From Victivallales bacterium (GTDB lineage Bacteria > Verrucomicrobiota > Lentisphaeria > Victivallales > UBA1829), in assembly GCA_045592785.1 (NCBI GenBank), contig JAZNVL010000017.1, positions 1,505 through 65,504 of the forward strand: a DNA stretch of 64,000 bases. Reading direction: 5' to 3'. Every line of letters starts with the position of its first letter. The first letter of the stretch is position 1. Under the pieces are notes generated by a model. That model was not told the DNA's origin. It worked only from the letters and a program-made list of their open reading frames with translations, and ran no database searches. This document shows, piece by piece, positions 49,969 through 59,899 of the stretch. Made by a program: the position numbers and the translations under genes.

Positions 49969-50833
49969 ATTCCCGGATGATGCTGATGAACGCCCGGGCT
50001 TGCGGCAGCATGGGCCGGGCCGGATTGTAATAATAGGCAATGGGGAGTTTTTCCGCCACTTCATAACCGCCGATGACAAGTCCCGCCTGTTGTGCCGGGC
50101 TTATCAGGTAGTCGGGGACGAACCCGATCCCGAAGTTTTCCCGCACCAGGTCAATGATCGTGGCGGAGGAGTATACGGTCATGAATACGTTCATGGGCAG
50201 TGGATCCAGCAGATTGCGGATCACTGCATGGATATTGGATTCCGGAGGATAACAAATGAGTTTATCTTTCGCGATCTCTTCTTTGGTCACCCGTTTTTTC
50301 TCTGCCAGCGGGGACTGTCTGGAACGGATCAGTTCCAGACGGCTGTAAAACATGGTATGATACACCAGACGCGGGTCCGGACGCCAGGCATTGCCCAGTC
50401 CGATATCCGCATATCCGGCAGTGATGGTATCGGCATGAGTGCCGACCGAAGCCGTTGCGTGGATCCGGGGTGAGATCCCGGGGTAACGCTCCAGCAATCG
50501 TTTGAGGAGGGGCGGCAGAATGTTGTGCGCCAGCAATTGTCCGCAGAGGATATTGAGTTCGCCGGAGACGGTATCGTGGAGTTTGGTCAGTTTTCCGGGG
50601 ATGGCTTTGATCCGTTGTATGATCTCTTCCGCCTCCGAGAACAGTTTTCTGCCGTCATCGGTGAGCAGTACGCCATTGGAATTCCGGACGAAAAGTTTGG
50701 TATTGAGTTCTTCTTCCAGCGACTGGATCTGTTTGCTCAAGGCGGGCTGACTGATAAAACAATGTTTCGCCGCGACTGTAAAACTGCCCGCTTTTGCCAC
50801 TTGAACAAAATATTCCAATTGCGTTGATGTCAT
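49949..50833 (-). CDS. LysR-family transcriptional regulator
   Basis: QLEYFVQVAKAGSFTVAA...SQPALSKQIQSLEEEL...LFVR. Confidence 0.95.
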   Translation of the reverse strand: MTSTQLEYFVQVAKAGSFTVAAKHCFISQPALSKQIQSLEEELNTKLFVRNSNGVLLTDDGRKLFSEAEEIIQRIKAIPGKLTKLHDTVSGELNILCGQLLAHNILPPLLKRLLERYPGISPRIHATASVGTHADTITAGYADIGLGNAWRPDPRLVYHTMFYSRLELIRSRQSPLAEKKRVTKEEIAKDKLICYPPESNIHAVIRNLLDPLPMNVFMTVYSSATIIDLVRENFGIGFVPDYLISPAQQAGLVIGGYEVAEKLPIAYYYNPARPMLPQARAFISIIREYYNLGL

Positions 50834-50837
50834 GTCG

Positions 50838-51431
50838 TCACCCCAGAAAAAGAACTTTCAGACCCAGTCCGATGAGGATCAGTCCCCCCGCGATCGTGCA
50901 GCGTTCCCCCAGGAAACGGCCGAGGAAACGTCCGGCGGTACATGCGATTGCGGAAATCACGAACGTGGTAAGCCCGATCACCGTTACGTCCAGCAGGATG
51001 GATGTCCGCCCGAGACAGGCATAGCTCACCCCGATGAGGAAGGCATCGATGCTGGTTGCAAATGCCAGCAGAATGAGTTGGCGGAGAGTAACGGAAGGCG
51101 GCGGCTCCTCTTCTTTCTTTTTCAGTCCGTCGTAAATCATTTTACCGCCGATCCCGCCCAGAAGAAGGAAGGCGATCCATTTTCCCCAGGACTGCAGGGA
51201 AGGATTACAGGATGTGCAGAGGAACCATCCGGCAAGAGGCATCCCCGCCTGAAATGCACCGAAAAGGAACGCGGTCAACAGCATTTTTTTGCGTGTGAAC
51301 GCACTGCCTCCGGTGGTACTCAATACGATGGAGACCGCCATGGCATCCATGGAAAGTCCAATGCCGAAAAGGAAAGATTCTGCCAGAGCCTGCCACATCG
51401 TCCGAAACGGAAAAAGGTCCGGGTTTGACAC
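50838..51431 (-). CDS. mntP: Manganese efflux pump MntP
   Basis: GLSMDAMAVS, FGAFQAGMP, ATSIDA, GGLILIGLG; start may be 51398. Confidence 0.88.
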   Translation of the reverse strand: MSNPDLFPFRTMWQALAESFLFGIGLSMDAMAVSIVLSTTGGSAFTRKKMLLTAFLFGAFQAGMPLAGWFLCTSCNPSLQSWGKWIAFLLLGGIGGKMIYDGLKKKEEEPPPSVTLRQLILLAFATSIDAFLIGVSYACLGRTSILLDVTVIGLTTFVISAIACTAGRFLGRFLGERCTIAGGLILIGLGLKVLFLG

Positions 51432-51446
51432 CGGACCTTCTTATGG

Positions 51447-52856
51447 TTATGCGTCTTTCTTTTCCACGAATTCGCGGTGAAGAACGACCTGTGCCTGTTC
51501 AAAATCGGCGCGGTCCACCACGAACTGAATGTTCACCTGCCGGAGTGTCTGGTCAAGAGCCAGCACGTTGATCCCGGCGGCATAAAGAGCCTGCGCGGCA
51601 CGCGCCAGGAATTTGGGGATTCGCATATTGGACCCGATGACGGAGACGATCCCGACTTTGGAGGAACGGACATCTGCGTTGGGGAAGTCTTTGCGGATGG
51701 AATCCATACATGACCCCAGCGTTTTGTTCTTTTCCGCCACGAAATGGGTGATGGTATTGGCATTGGTGGTCTTGGCGATGTAGTTGATCCCGGCGACGGC
51801 GAGATGCTGTGTCAGACGGTAGTCATACCCGCTTTCACCGACCATATCCGGGTCGTAGATCTCCATGCTCACAAGATCGTTTCTGCCGCAGATCATTTCC
51901 ACACGCGGATGGGGTGAAACGTATTCGCGGCTGATCAACGTACCGGGGTGTTCCGGATCGAAAGCATTTTTCACGCGGATGGGAATATTCTTGTATTCCA
52001 TTTCCTTTGCGGCTTTGGAGTGAATGGCTTCCATGCCCATATCGGAAAGCTGGTCCGCGATATCGAAATTGGTGTTCCCGATGATCTCCACGTTGTTCAA
52101 GCCCATGAGTTTCGGATCGCCGGTGGAGAGATGGAACTCCTTGTGGATGATCCCTTCCGCCGCTTCCGTGATCACCGCGATCTTGCTGAACGTGATCTCG
52201 CTGTACCCGCGGTCGAACCGCTTCATGATCCCGGAATCGAACTTGACATATCCGGTGACGATGGGCATTTCGGTATTGTAATCGATGCCGTCGAAGGCTT
52301 CTTTGATCGCCTGATCCAGAGTCAGACTCTTCATGGATTTCCAGCCGGAGAGGTCCACGAACCGGGCGTTGATCCCGTTGGCTTTCAGGATCATTGCGGA
52401 GTTGTATGCACTGTGTGCTTCCCCCACAGCCGCCAGAAATTCACGGGTGGCAGGCAGATAATCTTCCGGACGGAAATGTCCGAAACTCCGCAGGTTTACG
52501 ATATTTTCCAGACAAGCCACGATACCGTCAAGCCGCTGATTGATGAAAGCATCTGCTTCCGCTACATTCAGCCCGATGGATTCGAAAGACTTGTTGTATT
52601 CCAGCATTTTCTCCCGGACTTTATCCATGGCGACGATCCAGTTGGCGTTGTCTGCGGCGATATTGCCGTAGACGCCGGGTGCGCCGCTTTTCTTGTCTTC
52701 CAACAGAAGGTTTGTGATCCCGGAATAAGCGGAAACGACGAAGATGCGGTTATAGAGTTCCGCGCCGGAACGTTTTCCGATAATGACGTTATTCATGACC
52801 TCGCCGAAGCGGCTCATGGAAGTTCCGCCGATTTTTTCAACGGTATGCATTCCCAT
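51447..52856 (-). CDS. ask: Aspartate kinase, Ask_Ect-like subfamily
   Basis: MHTVEKIGGTSMSRF...YNRIFVVSAYSGITNLLLE.KK, FDRGYSEITFS, IIHKEFHLS.DPK, DQL..MGMEAIH, KNAFDPEHPGTLI. Confidence 0.92.
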   Translation of the reverse strand: MGMHTVEKIGGTSMSRFGEVMNNVIIGKRSGAELYNRIFVVSAYSGITNLLLEDKKSGAPGVYGNIAADNANWIVAMDKVREKMLEYNKSFESIGLNVAEADAFINQRLDGIVACLENIVNLRSFGHFRPEDYLPATREFLAAVGEAHSAYNSAMILKANGINARFVDLSGWKSMKSLTLDQAIKEAFDGIDYNTEMPIVTGYVKFDSGIMKRFDRGYSEITFSKIAVITEAAEGIIHKEFHLSTGDPKLMGLNNVEIIGNTNFDIADQLSDMGMEAIHSKAAKEMEYKNIPIRVKNAFDPEHPGTLISREYVSPHPRVEMICGRNDLVSMEIYDPDMVGESGYDYRLTQHLAVAGINYIAKTTNANTITHFVAEKNKTLGSCMDSIRKDFPNADVRSSKVGIVSVIGSNMRIPKFLARAAQALYAAGINVLALDQTLRQVNIQFVVDRADFEQAQVVLHREFVEKKDA

Positions 52857-52857
52857 A

Positions 52858-54150
52858 TCAGAAATCCTCCATGCGGATCATGCGGAGTTTCGCCGTATTT
52901 TCCGGCAATGCGGCAAGCTCTTTCAATGCTGCCTGAATATCGCCTTCTTTGGCATCATGGGTCAGGATCACGATGGAAACATTGCCATCGGCATCCGGAC
53001 TGCTCTGCATGAGTTTTTCCACGCTGATGTTATGTGTGCTCAACAGTGCGGCGACCTTCGCCAGCACGCCCGGCTTGTCTTCCACAGGGATCCGGATGTA
53101 GCACTTCGTGATCACTTCTTCCATGGGGACCAGACCGGAGAAGGATGCACCTTCCCGGAAGGGCAGCAGACGACGGGGCTGTCCGCAGAGGATATCCAGC
53201 GCGGCATCCACGATGTCACCGCACACGGCACTTGCGGTCGCTTCCCGTCCGGCACCGCGTCCGTAGAAGAGGGTATCGCCCACGAAATCGCCGTTGACCA
53301 TTACGCCGTTGAACACGCCGCTGATGGAAGCGATGGGGCTGGATTTGGGTACGAGAGTGGGATGGACACGGACTTCCACCTTGTCGTCGGCGTTCTGTTT
53401 CATGATGGCAAGCAGTTTGATCTTGCATCCGAATTCATCCGCCCAGCGGCTCTCATCCAGAGAGACTTCCCGGATCCCTTCGACGAACACGTGATCGGTG
53501 CCGAGCCATTTTCCGTATGCAAGAGAAGCCAGGATGGCAGCCTTGTGCGCGGTGTCATGACCATCGATATCCAAACTGGGATTTGCTTCGGCGTAGCCCA
53601 GTCTCTGGGCATCGGCGAGGACTTCTTCGAAGCCCAGGTTTTCCTGTTCCATGCGGGTGAAGATGTAGTTGCAGGTCCCGTTCAGGATCCCGTACATCCG
53701 GTTGATGCGGTTTCCTGCGAAACCTTCCCGCAGGCTTTTGATGATGGGAATACCGCCGCCCACGCTTGCTTCGTAATGGATGGAAGTATTGTTTTCATCT
53801 GCGATCTGGAAGAGTTCGCTGCCGTATTTGGCAAGCAGTGCCTTGTTGGCAGTGACAACGACTTTTCCCTGACGCAGGGCAGTTTCGATAAACGTTTTGG
53901 CGATGGTGGTACCACCCACCAGTTCCACCACAATATCACATTCCCGGATCAACTCATTTGCATCGGTGGTGAGCACGCCTTCCGGCATCGCCACTCCGCG
54001 ATCTGTTGTGATGTCCAGGTCGGCGACTTTTGCAAGACGCACGGTCGCCCCTGTGCGTTTGTAAATCAAATCTGCGTGTTTCAACAGGCAGTCCGCGGTA
54101 CCCGCGCCCACCGTTCCGAATCCGATAATGCCGACTTTTATTTCTTTCAT
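52858..54150 (-). CDS. hom: Homoserine dehydrogenase with C-terminal ACT domain
   Basis: GFGTVG, VTANKA, YEASVGGGIP, GILNGTCNY, GYAEA.P..D, YGRGAG, EDKPGVLA. Confidence 0.96.
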   Translation of the reverse strand: MKEIKVGIIGFGTVGAGTADCLLKHADLIYKRTGATVRLAKVADLDITTDRGVAMPEGVLTTDANELIRECDIVVELVGGTTIAKTFIETALRQGKVVVTANKALLAKYGSELFQIADENNTSIHYEASVGGGIPIIKSLREGFAGNRINRMYGILNGTCNYIFTRMEQENLGFEEVLADAQRLGYAEANPSLDIDGHDTAHKAAILASLAYGKWLGTDHVFVEGIREVSLDESRWADEFGCKIKLLAIMKQNADDKVEVRVHPTLVPKSSPIASISGVFNGVMVNGDFVGDTLFYGRGAGREATASAVCGDIVDAALDILCGQPRRLLPFREGASFSGLVPMEEVITKCYIRIPVEDKPGVLAKVAALLSTHNISVEKLMQSSPDADGNVSIVILTHDAKEGDIQAALKELAALPENTAKLRMIRMEDF

Positions 54151-54281
54151 CAGGGACATCTCCTTTCCATACTGAATGAAAAATACCATAAATTCAGTAA
54201 TATACAGCCAACTCTATTCTTTTTAAAGTCAAAAGAGATATTTTTTTCGAAAAAACATGGAAATTCCGCCGGAAATACAAC

Positions 54282-54319
54282 AAAAAGCCTCTGCCATCCA
54301 TTCCGGATGACAGAGACTT
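54282..54319 (-). terminator. Intrinsic terminator after the GH20 gene
   Basis: Minus strand AAGTCTCTGTCATCC / GGATGGCAGAGGCTT followed by TTTG. Confidence 0.75.
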
Positions 54320-54344
54320 GCTGTTTTTGGATCGTAAGACCGGG

Positions 54345-56174
54345 TCAGAAAGAACCCATGGTCACATACGTTGCGTACGCTTCGCCGCGGGGGAAACAGC
54401 GTTCGTCGTAGATGGCTTCCAGTTCTGCGATGCGATCTGTTTCGCCGTTGACGAATTCTTCCAGGCGGTAAATGGTTTCCTGCGTACGGGCTTTCACGCC
54501 GGCGAGCCGGATCTGGATGACTTCCAGCCCTTCGTATTTGTAATGGGCTTTCCACTGTCTGCGGAGTTCCACTTCCAGTGCCGCCACATTTTTCACCAGT
54601 TCCGGCAGCTGGACCGCACTGAGTTCGCGGAGCGTTGCCATATCTTTTTCTTTGTAGGCTTTCAGCATGGCTTCCCGGATGTTGATCTTGCCAAGAAGGA
54701 CCCGGCTGACTGCGGCGGAATAAGCACATTCCGTCTGACCGTCAAGGGAGGCTTCCAGTTCCGCACGGAACGCATTGCGGTAGTTGTCTTCATCCAGACG
54801 GAGGAAACGCCATCCGATCCCGTAAAGCAGGTCATCCCAGATGAGGACGGCGGGAGTGGAAACGCCGTTATCCCGGAAGTCTTCCTGATAATTCATACGG
54901 CTGGAAAGCAGCGTCTGGGAGAAACGCACACTGTTCATTGCGGCTGCGATCTTATCCAGACGTTCCACTTCCTCCCCGGTTCTGCCGTATGCCAGTTCCG
55001 CCCCGTGGAGCAGACCCGGGATCACGGTTTCGAAGTCGCAATACGCGCCGTCATCGCCCCACATAGTGAAGAAGAAGTCCTTCACGCCCATGCGGCGGCA
55101 GGATTCCAGACAGGGTTTGATACGGTCGATGGTCTGTTTGTGGTCATAGCAGAAACGGTACCAGGTCCAGAGAGCGGATCCCATCAGCGGTTCGCCGGCG
55201 AGGTCACGGTGTTTCCGGATCATGCCGTCATAGAATTCCGGATCCAGGTGATAGTAATCCCAGTAGACCAGTTTGATGTCCCGGGGCGTGACTTCTTTCA
55301 CGTTTTCCGGTACATTGGATTCGGTATCGTAATAATTGTGTGTTGTGCTGCAAAGACGGAAATACATATCGGACCAGATCATCGGTTCGAAATTGAATTC
55401 CTTGCACATTTCCCGGATCTTTGTCATGTGTTCCATGAAGATATCGTACCCGGAACGCTCCCCGTTTTTCCGTTTGTATGCGCCGGACCCCAATCCCCAG
55501 GCTTCGTCCATGCCCAGATGGATCCGACGGGAACGGCAGGCTTTGTCGTAGAACTCGAACATCTTGCGGATGAGCGCGTATGTCTTTTCTTCGCCCACCA
55601 GGAAAATGTGATCGGTGTCCCGGACGTCCTTACTGCCCACGGTGTGGAAATAGCGTGTCATGTGACCGAGTGTCTGAATACAGCCGATGAGTTCGATGCC
55701 CAGTTTGTTGGCATAATCATCCAGTTCCTGGACTTCTTCCAGACTGTATGCGCCGCGCAGGTAACCGAAATCGGGCTGGTCCGGAAGCAGATAGGTGTCT
55801 TCGGTATACAGCATCGCCAGATTGTAACCCATCAGGGAAAGACGTGCCAGCACGCTTTTCGCGTATGAGATCTTCATGACGGCATTGCGGGAGACGTCCA
55901 GCATCACGCCGAAGGACTGGAACGGGGTATCTTCCCCATCGGTCCCCACGCCGCCGAGAGCCATCCCGGCACCGCGCATAGCCTGTGCCATGGTACGGTA
56001 TGTCACGTCGATCCCGGTATCGGAAACAGTGACTTTCAGTTTATCGCCGGTGGTGAACCGCAGGGGCATCCCGTCGCCGTTTTCCGAGAAGGGGAAATCA
56101 GCGGCAAGCGTACGGAGTGCGACCGTGATTTCCGGTGCAGTGTTTTTTACATCCCAACAAAGTTTCAATGACAT
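54345..56174 (-). CDS. GH20 beta-N-acetylhexosaminidase (GcnA-like, cytoplasmic)
   Basis: GVMLDVSRNAV, LYTEDTY, CIQTLGH, IHLGMDEA, MIWSDM, YWDYY, TMWGDDG. Confidence 0.92.
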   Translation of the reverse strand: MSLKLCWDVKNTAPEITVALRTLAADFPFSENGDGMPLRFTTGDKLKVTVSDTGIDVTYRTMAQAMRGAGMALGGVGTDGEDTPFQSFGVMLDVSRNAVMKISYAKSVLARLSLMGYNLAMLYTEDTYLLPDQPDFGYLRGAYSLEEVQELDDYANKLGIELIGCIQTLGHMTRYFHTVGSKDVRDTDHIFLVGEEKTYALIRKMFEFYDKACRSRRIHLGMDEAWGLGSGAYKRKNGERSGYDIFMEHMTKIREMCKEFNFEPMIWSDMYFRLCSTTHNYYDTESNVPENVKEVTPRDIKLVYWDYYHLDPEFYDGMIRKHRDLAGEPLMGSALWTWYRFCYDHKQTIDRIKPCLESCRRMGVKDFFFTMWGDDGAYCDFETVIPGLLHGAELAYGRTGEEVERLDKIAAAMNSVRFSQTLLSSRMNYQEDFRDNGVSTPAVLIWDDLLYGIGWRFLRLDEDNYRNAFRAELEASLDGQTECAYSAAVSRVLLGKINIREAMLKAYKEKDMATLRELSAVQLPELVKNVAALEVELRRQWKAHYKYEGLEVIQIRLAGVKARTQETIYRLEEFVNGETDRIAELEAIYDERCFPRGEAYATYVTMGSF

Positions 56175-56217
56175 AAGAAATCCTTTCTGTATCAGTTAAG
56201 TATAAGACTTTTTGCGT

Positions 56218-56245
56218 AATATAGTACAAAGTAAAGTATTGTCAA
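56218..56245 (-). promoter_or_regulatory. Promoter of the GH20 gene
   Basis: Minus strand TTGACA-N16-TATATT. Confidence 0.65.
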
Positions 56246-56278
56246 GCAGAAAAATGTACGTTTCGGAAAAAATGTGGA

Positions 56279-57226
56279 TTATTTCTGCAAACGCGTATCC
56301 AATGCATCACGGAGCGCATCACCCAGTACATTCAGCGCAAGCACCAGAATGAACATGAAAAACGTGGCGCCCGCCGCTTCCCACCAGATCCCGCGCCAGA
56401 GCTGTCCCTGTCCGTCCGAGATCATCGCTCCCCAGCTGGGCTCAAACTGTACGCCCAGACCCAGGTAACTGACAATGACTTCTGTCATCACGGCGAACGC
56501 AAACCGCATGGTGAAGTAGATGATGACCAGGTGCATCAGATTGGGAAGGATATGACGGGATAATATCCGGAAATCACTTGCACCCAGCGCACGCGCCGCT
56601 GTCACATAAGGCATCTCACGCAAACGCATGGTTTCCGCACGGATCACACGGCAGAGGGCGACCCAGCCCGTCAGCCCGATCCCGATATAGACCGCCATCA
56701 TCCCCGGTTCGGTGTTCAGGGTACGGCACAGGGTGCGGAACACATCTTCCAGCGGGGCCCAGAGGAATCCTTTGGAGACGAGGAGCGCGAACGCCAGAAT
56801 GAAAAGCAGGGACGGCATGGAGGCAAATGTACTGTATATCCAGACTACGATATCATCCACCGTGCCGCCGTAATATCCGGCACAGATCCCCAGGATCACA
56901 CCCAATACCGCCGAAAGCAGAGAGGCTATGATCCCCACTTTCATGGCGGTACGGGACGCAAACACGGCACGCAGAAGAACATCCCGTCCCAGGTAATCCG
57001 TACCGAGGGGATGTTCCAGACTGGGCGGCTGATTCCGTTCTTCCGGATGTGCGATGCGGTAGATCGGGTCTGTTTGTGTTGCGGAACAATAAATGCTGTA
57101 ACATTCCGCCCCCAGTGCGGCAAAGAAAAATATGCCGCAGATCACGAAAGACGTCAGGGCAAACCGTTGTGCCGCAAAACGCCGGAATGTATTTTTCCAG
57201 GGGGCGTGAATGACTGCTTCGCTCAT
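56279..57226 (-). CDS. Peptide/nickel ABC transporter permease (OppC/DppC-type)
   Basis: PPSLEHPLGTDYLGRD, YVTAARALGAS...HILPN, PSWGAMI, NVLGDALRDALD; ATGA overlap with mnmG. Confidence 0.92.
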   Translation of the reverse strand: MSEAVIHAPWKNTFRRFAAQRFALTSFVICGIFFFAALGAECYSIYCSATQTDPIYRIAHPEERNQPPSLEHPLGTDYLGRDVLLRAVFASRTAMKVGIIASLLSAVLGVILGICAGYYGGTVDDIVVWIYSTFASMPSLLFILAFALLVSKGFLWAPLEDVFRTLCRTLNTEPGMMAVYIGIGLTGWVALCRVIRAETMRLREMPYVTAARALGASDFRILSRHILPNLMHLVIIYFTMRFAFAVMTEVIVSYLGLGVQFEPSWGAMISDGQGQLWRGIWWEAAGATFFMFILVLALNVLGDALRDALDTRLQK

Positions 57227-59094
57227 GAGTGGGTGACTTTCTCTTCCGGTTTGTGCCGGAGCCGTTCCAGCCACACTTGCAGCAGCGAGATCTCCACCGG
57301 CGTGACACCATCGATCCGGCTTGCCTGTGAAAGGGAGGCGGGCGCGACCCGTTTGAGTTTCATCCGGGATTCATTGCGGAGTCCGGTGACGGAATCATAA
57401 TCGAAATCGGCGGGGATGCGCCAGGATTCCAGATGCCGGAGCCGGGCGACGGACTGATCTTCCTGCCGGATGTATCCTTCGTAATGCGCCCGGATCGCCA
57501 GCTGACGGAAGATCCGTCTGCCTTCTCTGGTATCGCTGCGGAATCCGAAGGTTTCCGGGGGAGCCGGGAGTTTTTCCATATCCGGTTCCCCGCGCATATC
57601 CCGGATGACCGTCCACGCCGTGTGTCCGCCGGAGAGTGAATATGCTTTGCAAAGTTCTTCGGCACGATCCAGGGTGTTCCGGTATTCACAGAAGCGGTTG
57701 TAAACGGTGTCGGAAACCAGCCCGGCGGAATGGGCAAGATCGCACAGACGCAAGTCGGCGTTATCCTGCCGGAGCCGGAGACGGTATTCCGCACGGCTGG
57801 TGAAAAGACGGTAGGGTTCCACGATCTCTTTCGTCACCAGGTCATCGATCATGACCCCGAGATACGATTCATCTCTGGAAAATTCGATTCCGTCCTTCCC
57901 GGCGGCATAACGGGCGGCGTTGAGCCCGGCGGCAAGTCCCTGCGCCGCAGCTTCTTCATATCCGCTGGTCCCGTTGACCTGACCCGCATGATAAAGACCG
58001 GGCCATTTCTTGACCGCAAGACACCGGTTGAGTTCTTCCGGGTAGATGAAATCATATTCGATGGCGTAGGCATACCGCGCGATGACCGCATTACGGAGTC
58101 CGGGGACGGATTGGACCAGTTGCCGCTGGACATCGGTGGGCAGACTGGTGGAGAGACCGTTGAGGTAATATTCATCGGTGAACTCGCCTTCCGGTTCCAG
58201 ATAGATGTGATGGCGTTCGTGATCCGGGAATCGCATCACCTTGTCTTCGAAAGAAGGACAATACCGTGTGCCGGTTCCTTCGATCTTGCCGTTATACATG
58301 GGGGCACGATCCAGATTGGCACGGACAAGTTCCGCGGTTTCCTCTGTGGTGTGTGTCATGTAACAGGTCATATTCCGTGCGGCGACTCTGGGGAGAACGA
58401 TTTCTGTTTCCGGATAGAACGTAAACCGTTCTTCGGGTTCGTCCGCGCCCTGCGGAGTGAGTTGAGTAAAATCAATACTTCTGCCGTAAATGCGAGGGGG
58501 AGTACCCGTTTTCAGCCTGCCCATACGCAGTCCCAACTGCTCCCGGATGGCATCGGAAAGTTCCACGGAGGGCGGATCGCCCGCTCTGCCGCCGGGGAAA
58601 TCTTTGAGTCCGTAATGGAGTTTTCCCCGGAGAAATGTACCGGCAGCCATGACGACGGCTTTGGCGTGGAAGGTTTCCCCGAACTCGGTATTGACCCCTG
58701 CGATCGCCCCGTTTTCGATCAGAAACGAGGTGGCAAGCGCCTGGTGTACGGAAAGGTTTTCCACGCCTTCCAGGAACAGTTTCATGGCGCGCTGATAACA
58801 GAATTTATCGCATTGTGCCCGTGGAGAACGGACCGCTGCCCCCTTTGTTCCGTTGAGCATGTGGAACTGAATGGCAGAGGCATCGGCGACTTTTCCCATG
58901 GCACCGCCCAGTGCATCGATCTCCCGGACAAGATGTCCTTTGGCGATTCCGCCGATACATGGATTGCAACTCATCTGGGCGATATGGTCCAGATTGATGA
59001 CAAGCATGAGGGTTTTTGCGCCGCAGCGTGCGGCGGCATAAGCGGCTTCACAAGCGGCATGTCCGCCGCCGATCACGATTACATCATAATACAT
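57223..59094 (-). CDS. mnmG: tRNA U34 carboxymethylaminomethyl modification enzyme MnmG (GidA)
   Basis: VIGGGHAACEAA, MSCNPCIGG, RLKTGTPPR, RYCPSFEDK, AGQVNGTSGYEEAAAQG, YRLFTSRAEYRL. Confidence 0.97.
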   Translation of the reverse strand: MYYDVIVIGGGHAACEAAYAAARCGAKTLMLVINLDHIAQMSCNPCIGGIAKGHLVREIDALGGAMGKVADASAIQFHMLNGTKGAAVRSPRAQCDKFCYQRAMKLFLEGVENLSVHQALATSFLIENGAIAGVNTEFGETFHAKAVVMAAGTFLRGKLHYGLKDFPGGRAGDPPSVELSDAIREQLGLRMGRLKTGTPPRIYGRSIDFTQLTPQGADEPEERFTFYPETEIVLPRVAARNMTCYMTHTTEETAELVRANLDRAPMYNGKIEGTGTRYCPSFEDKVMRFPDHERHHIYLEPEGEFTDEYYLNGLSTSLPTDVQRQLVQSVPGLRNAVIARYAYAIEYDFIYPEELNRCLAVKKWPGLYHAGQVNGTSGYEEAAAQGLAAGLNAARYAAGKDGIEFSRDESYLGVMIDDLVTKEIVEPYRLFTSRAEYRLRLRQDNADLRLCDLAHSAGLVSDTVYNRFCEYRNTLDRAEELCKAYSLSGGHTAWTVIRDMRGEPDMEKLPAPPETFGFRSDTREGRRIFRQLAIRAHYEGYIRQEDQSVARLRHLESWRIPADFDYDSVTGLRNESRMKLKRVAPASLSQASRIDGVTPVEISLLQVWLERLRHKPEEKVTHS

Positions 59095-59268
59095 ATTTTC
59101 CACGAAACGATCTCCGAATATAATAATACAAGTAATATACCGCCGAAACAAAAAAATGCAAGCGGAAGCGGCAAGGTATTCTCTTGGAGACTTGTATTTT
59201 TTGCAAAGCGTGATATAGTACCTGCAATCAAACGATAACAATCATCCATAAACAAAGGAAAACACACA

Positions 59269-59898
59269 ATGGCTCGTGAATTCAAAAACGACACCGAAAA
59301 ATTCAGCTATGCTATGGGTATCAATATGGCATCTCACCTGATGCAGCTCCCCATTGCGCTGGATAAAGAGATCATCATCGAAGCAGTCAGCTCTCTGCTC
59401 CGCGGACAACAGCCCGAAATGTCCCAGGAAGATTACCAGAAGACCATGCAGAAATTCCAGAAGACCATGCAGGAACAGGCCGCCGCCGAACAGAGCAAAG
59501 CTGCCGCCGCAAATGAAGAGATCGGAAAAGCATATCGCGACGATAACGCAAAGAAAGAAGGCGTCAAAGTCACCGCTTCCGGACTTCAGTACGAAGTCCT
59601 GAAGGAAGGGACCGGCAAACAGCCCGCTTCCGCTTCCGATACCGTCTCCGTCCATTACGAAGGCAAACTCATCAACGGCGAGATCTTCGACAGCTCCATC
59701 CGTCGCGGTGAACCCGCGGAATTCCCGCTGAACCGGGTGATCCCGGGCTGGACCGAAGGTGTTCAGCTGATGAAAGAAGGCGCAAAATACCGTTTTGTGA
59801 TCCCCCCGGCACTGGCATACGGTGAACACGGTGCAGGCGGCGCCATCGGCCCCAACGAAACACTGATCTTCGAAGTGGAACTTCTGAAAGTCAAGTAA
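59269..59898 (+). CDS. FKBP-type peptidyl-prolyl isomerase (FklB/FkpA-like)
   Basis: SYAMG, TASGLQY, VHYEGKL..G..FDSS, VIPGWTEG, LAYG, LIFEVELL. Confidence 0.95.
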   Translation: MAREFKNDTEKFSYAMGINMASHLMQLPIALDKEIIIEAVSSLLRGQQPEMSQEDYQKTMQKFQKTMQEQAAAEQSKAAAANEEIGKAYRDDNAKKEGVKVTASGLQYEVLKEGTGKQPASASDTVSVHYEGKLINGEIFDSSIRRGEPAEFPLNRVIPGWTEGVQLMKEGAKYRFVIPPALAYGEHGAGGAIGPNETLIFEVELLKVK

Positions 59899-59899
59899 T

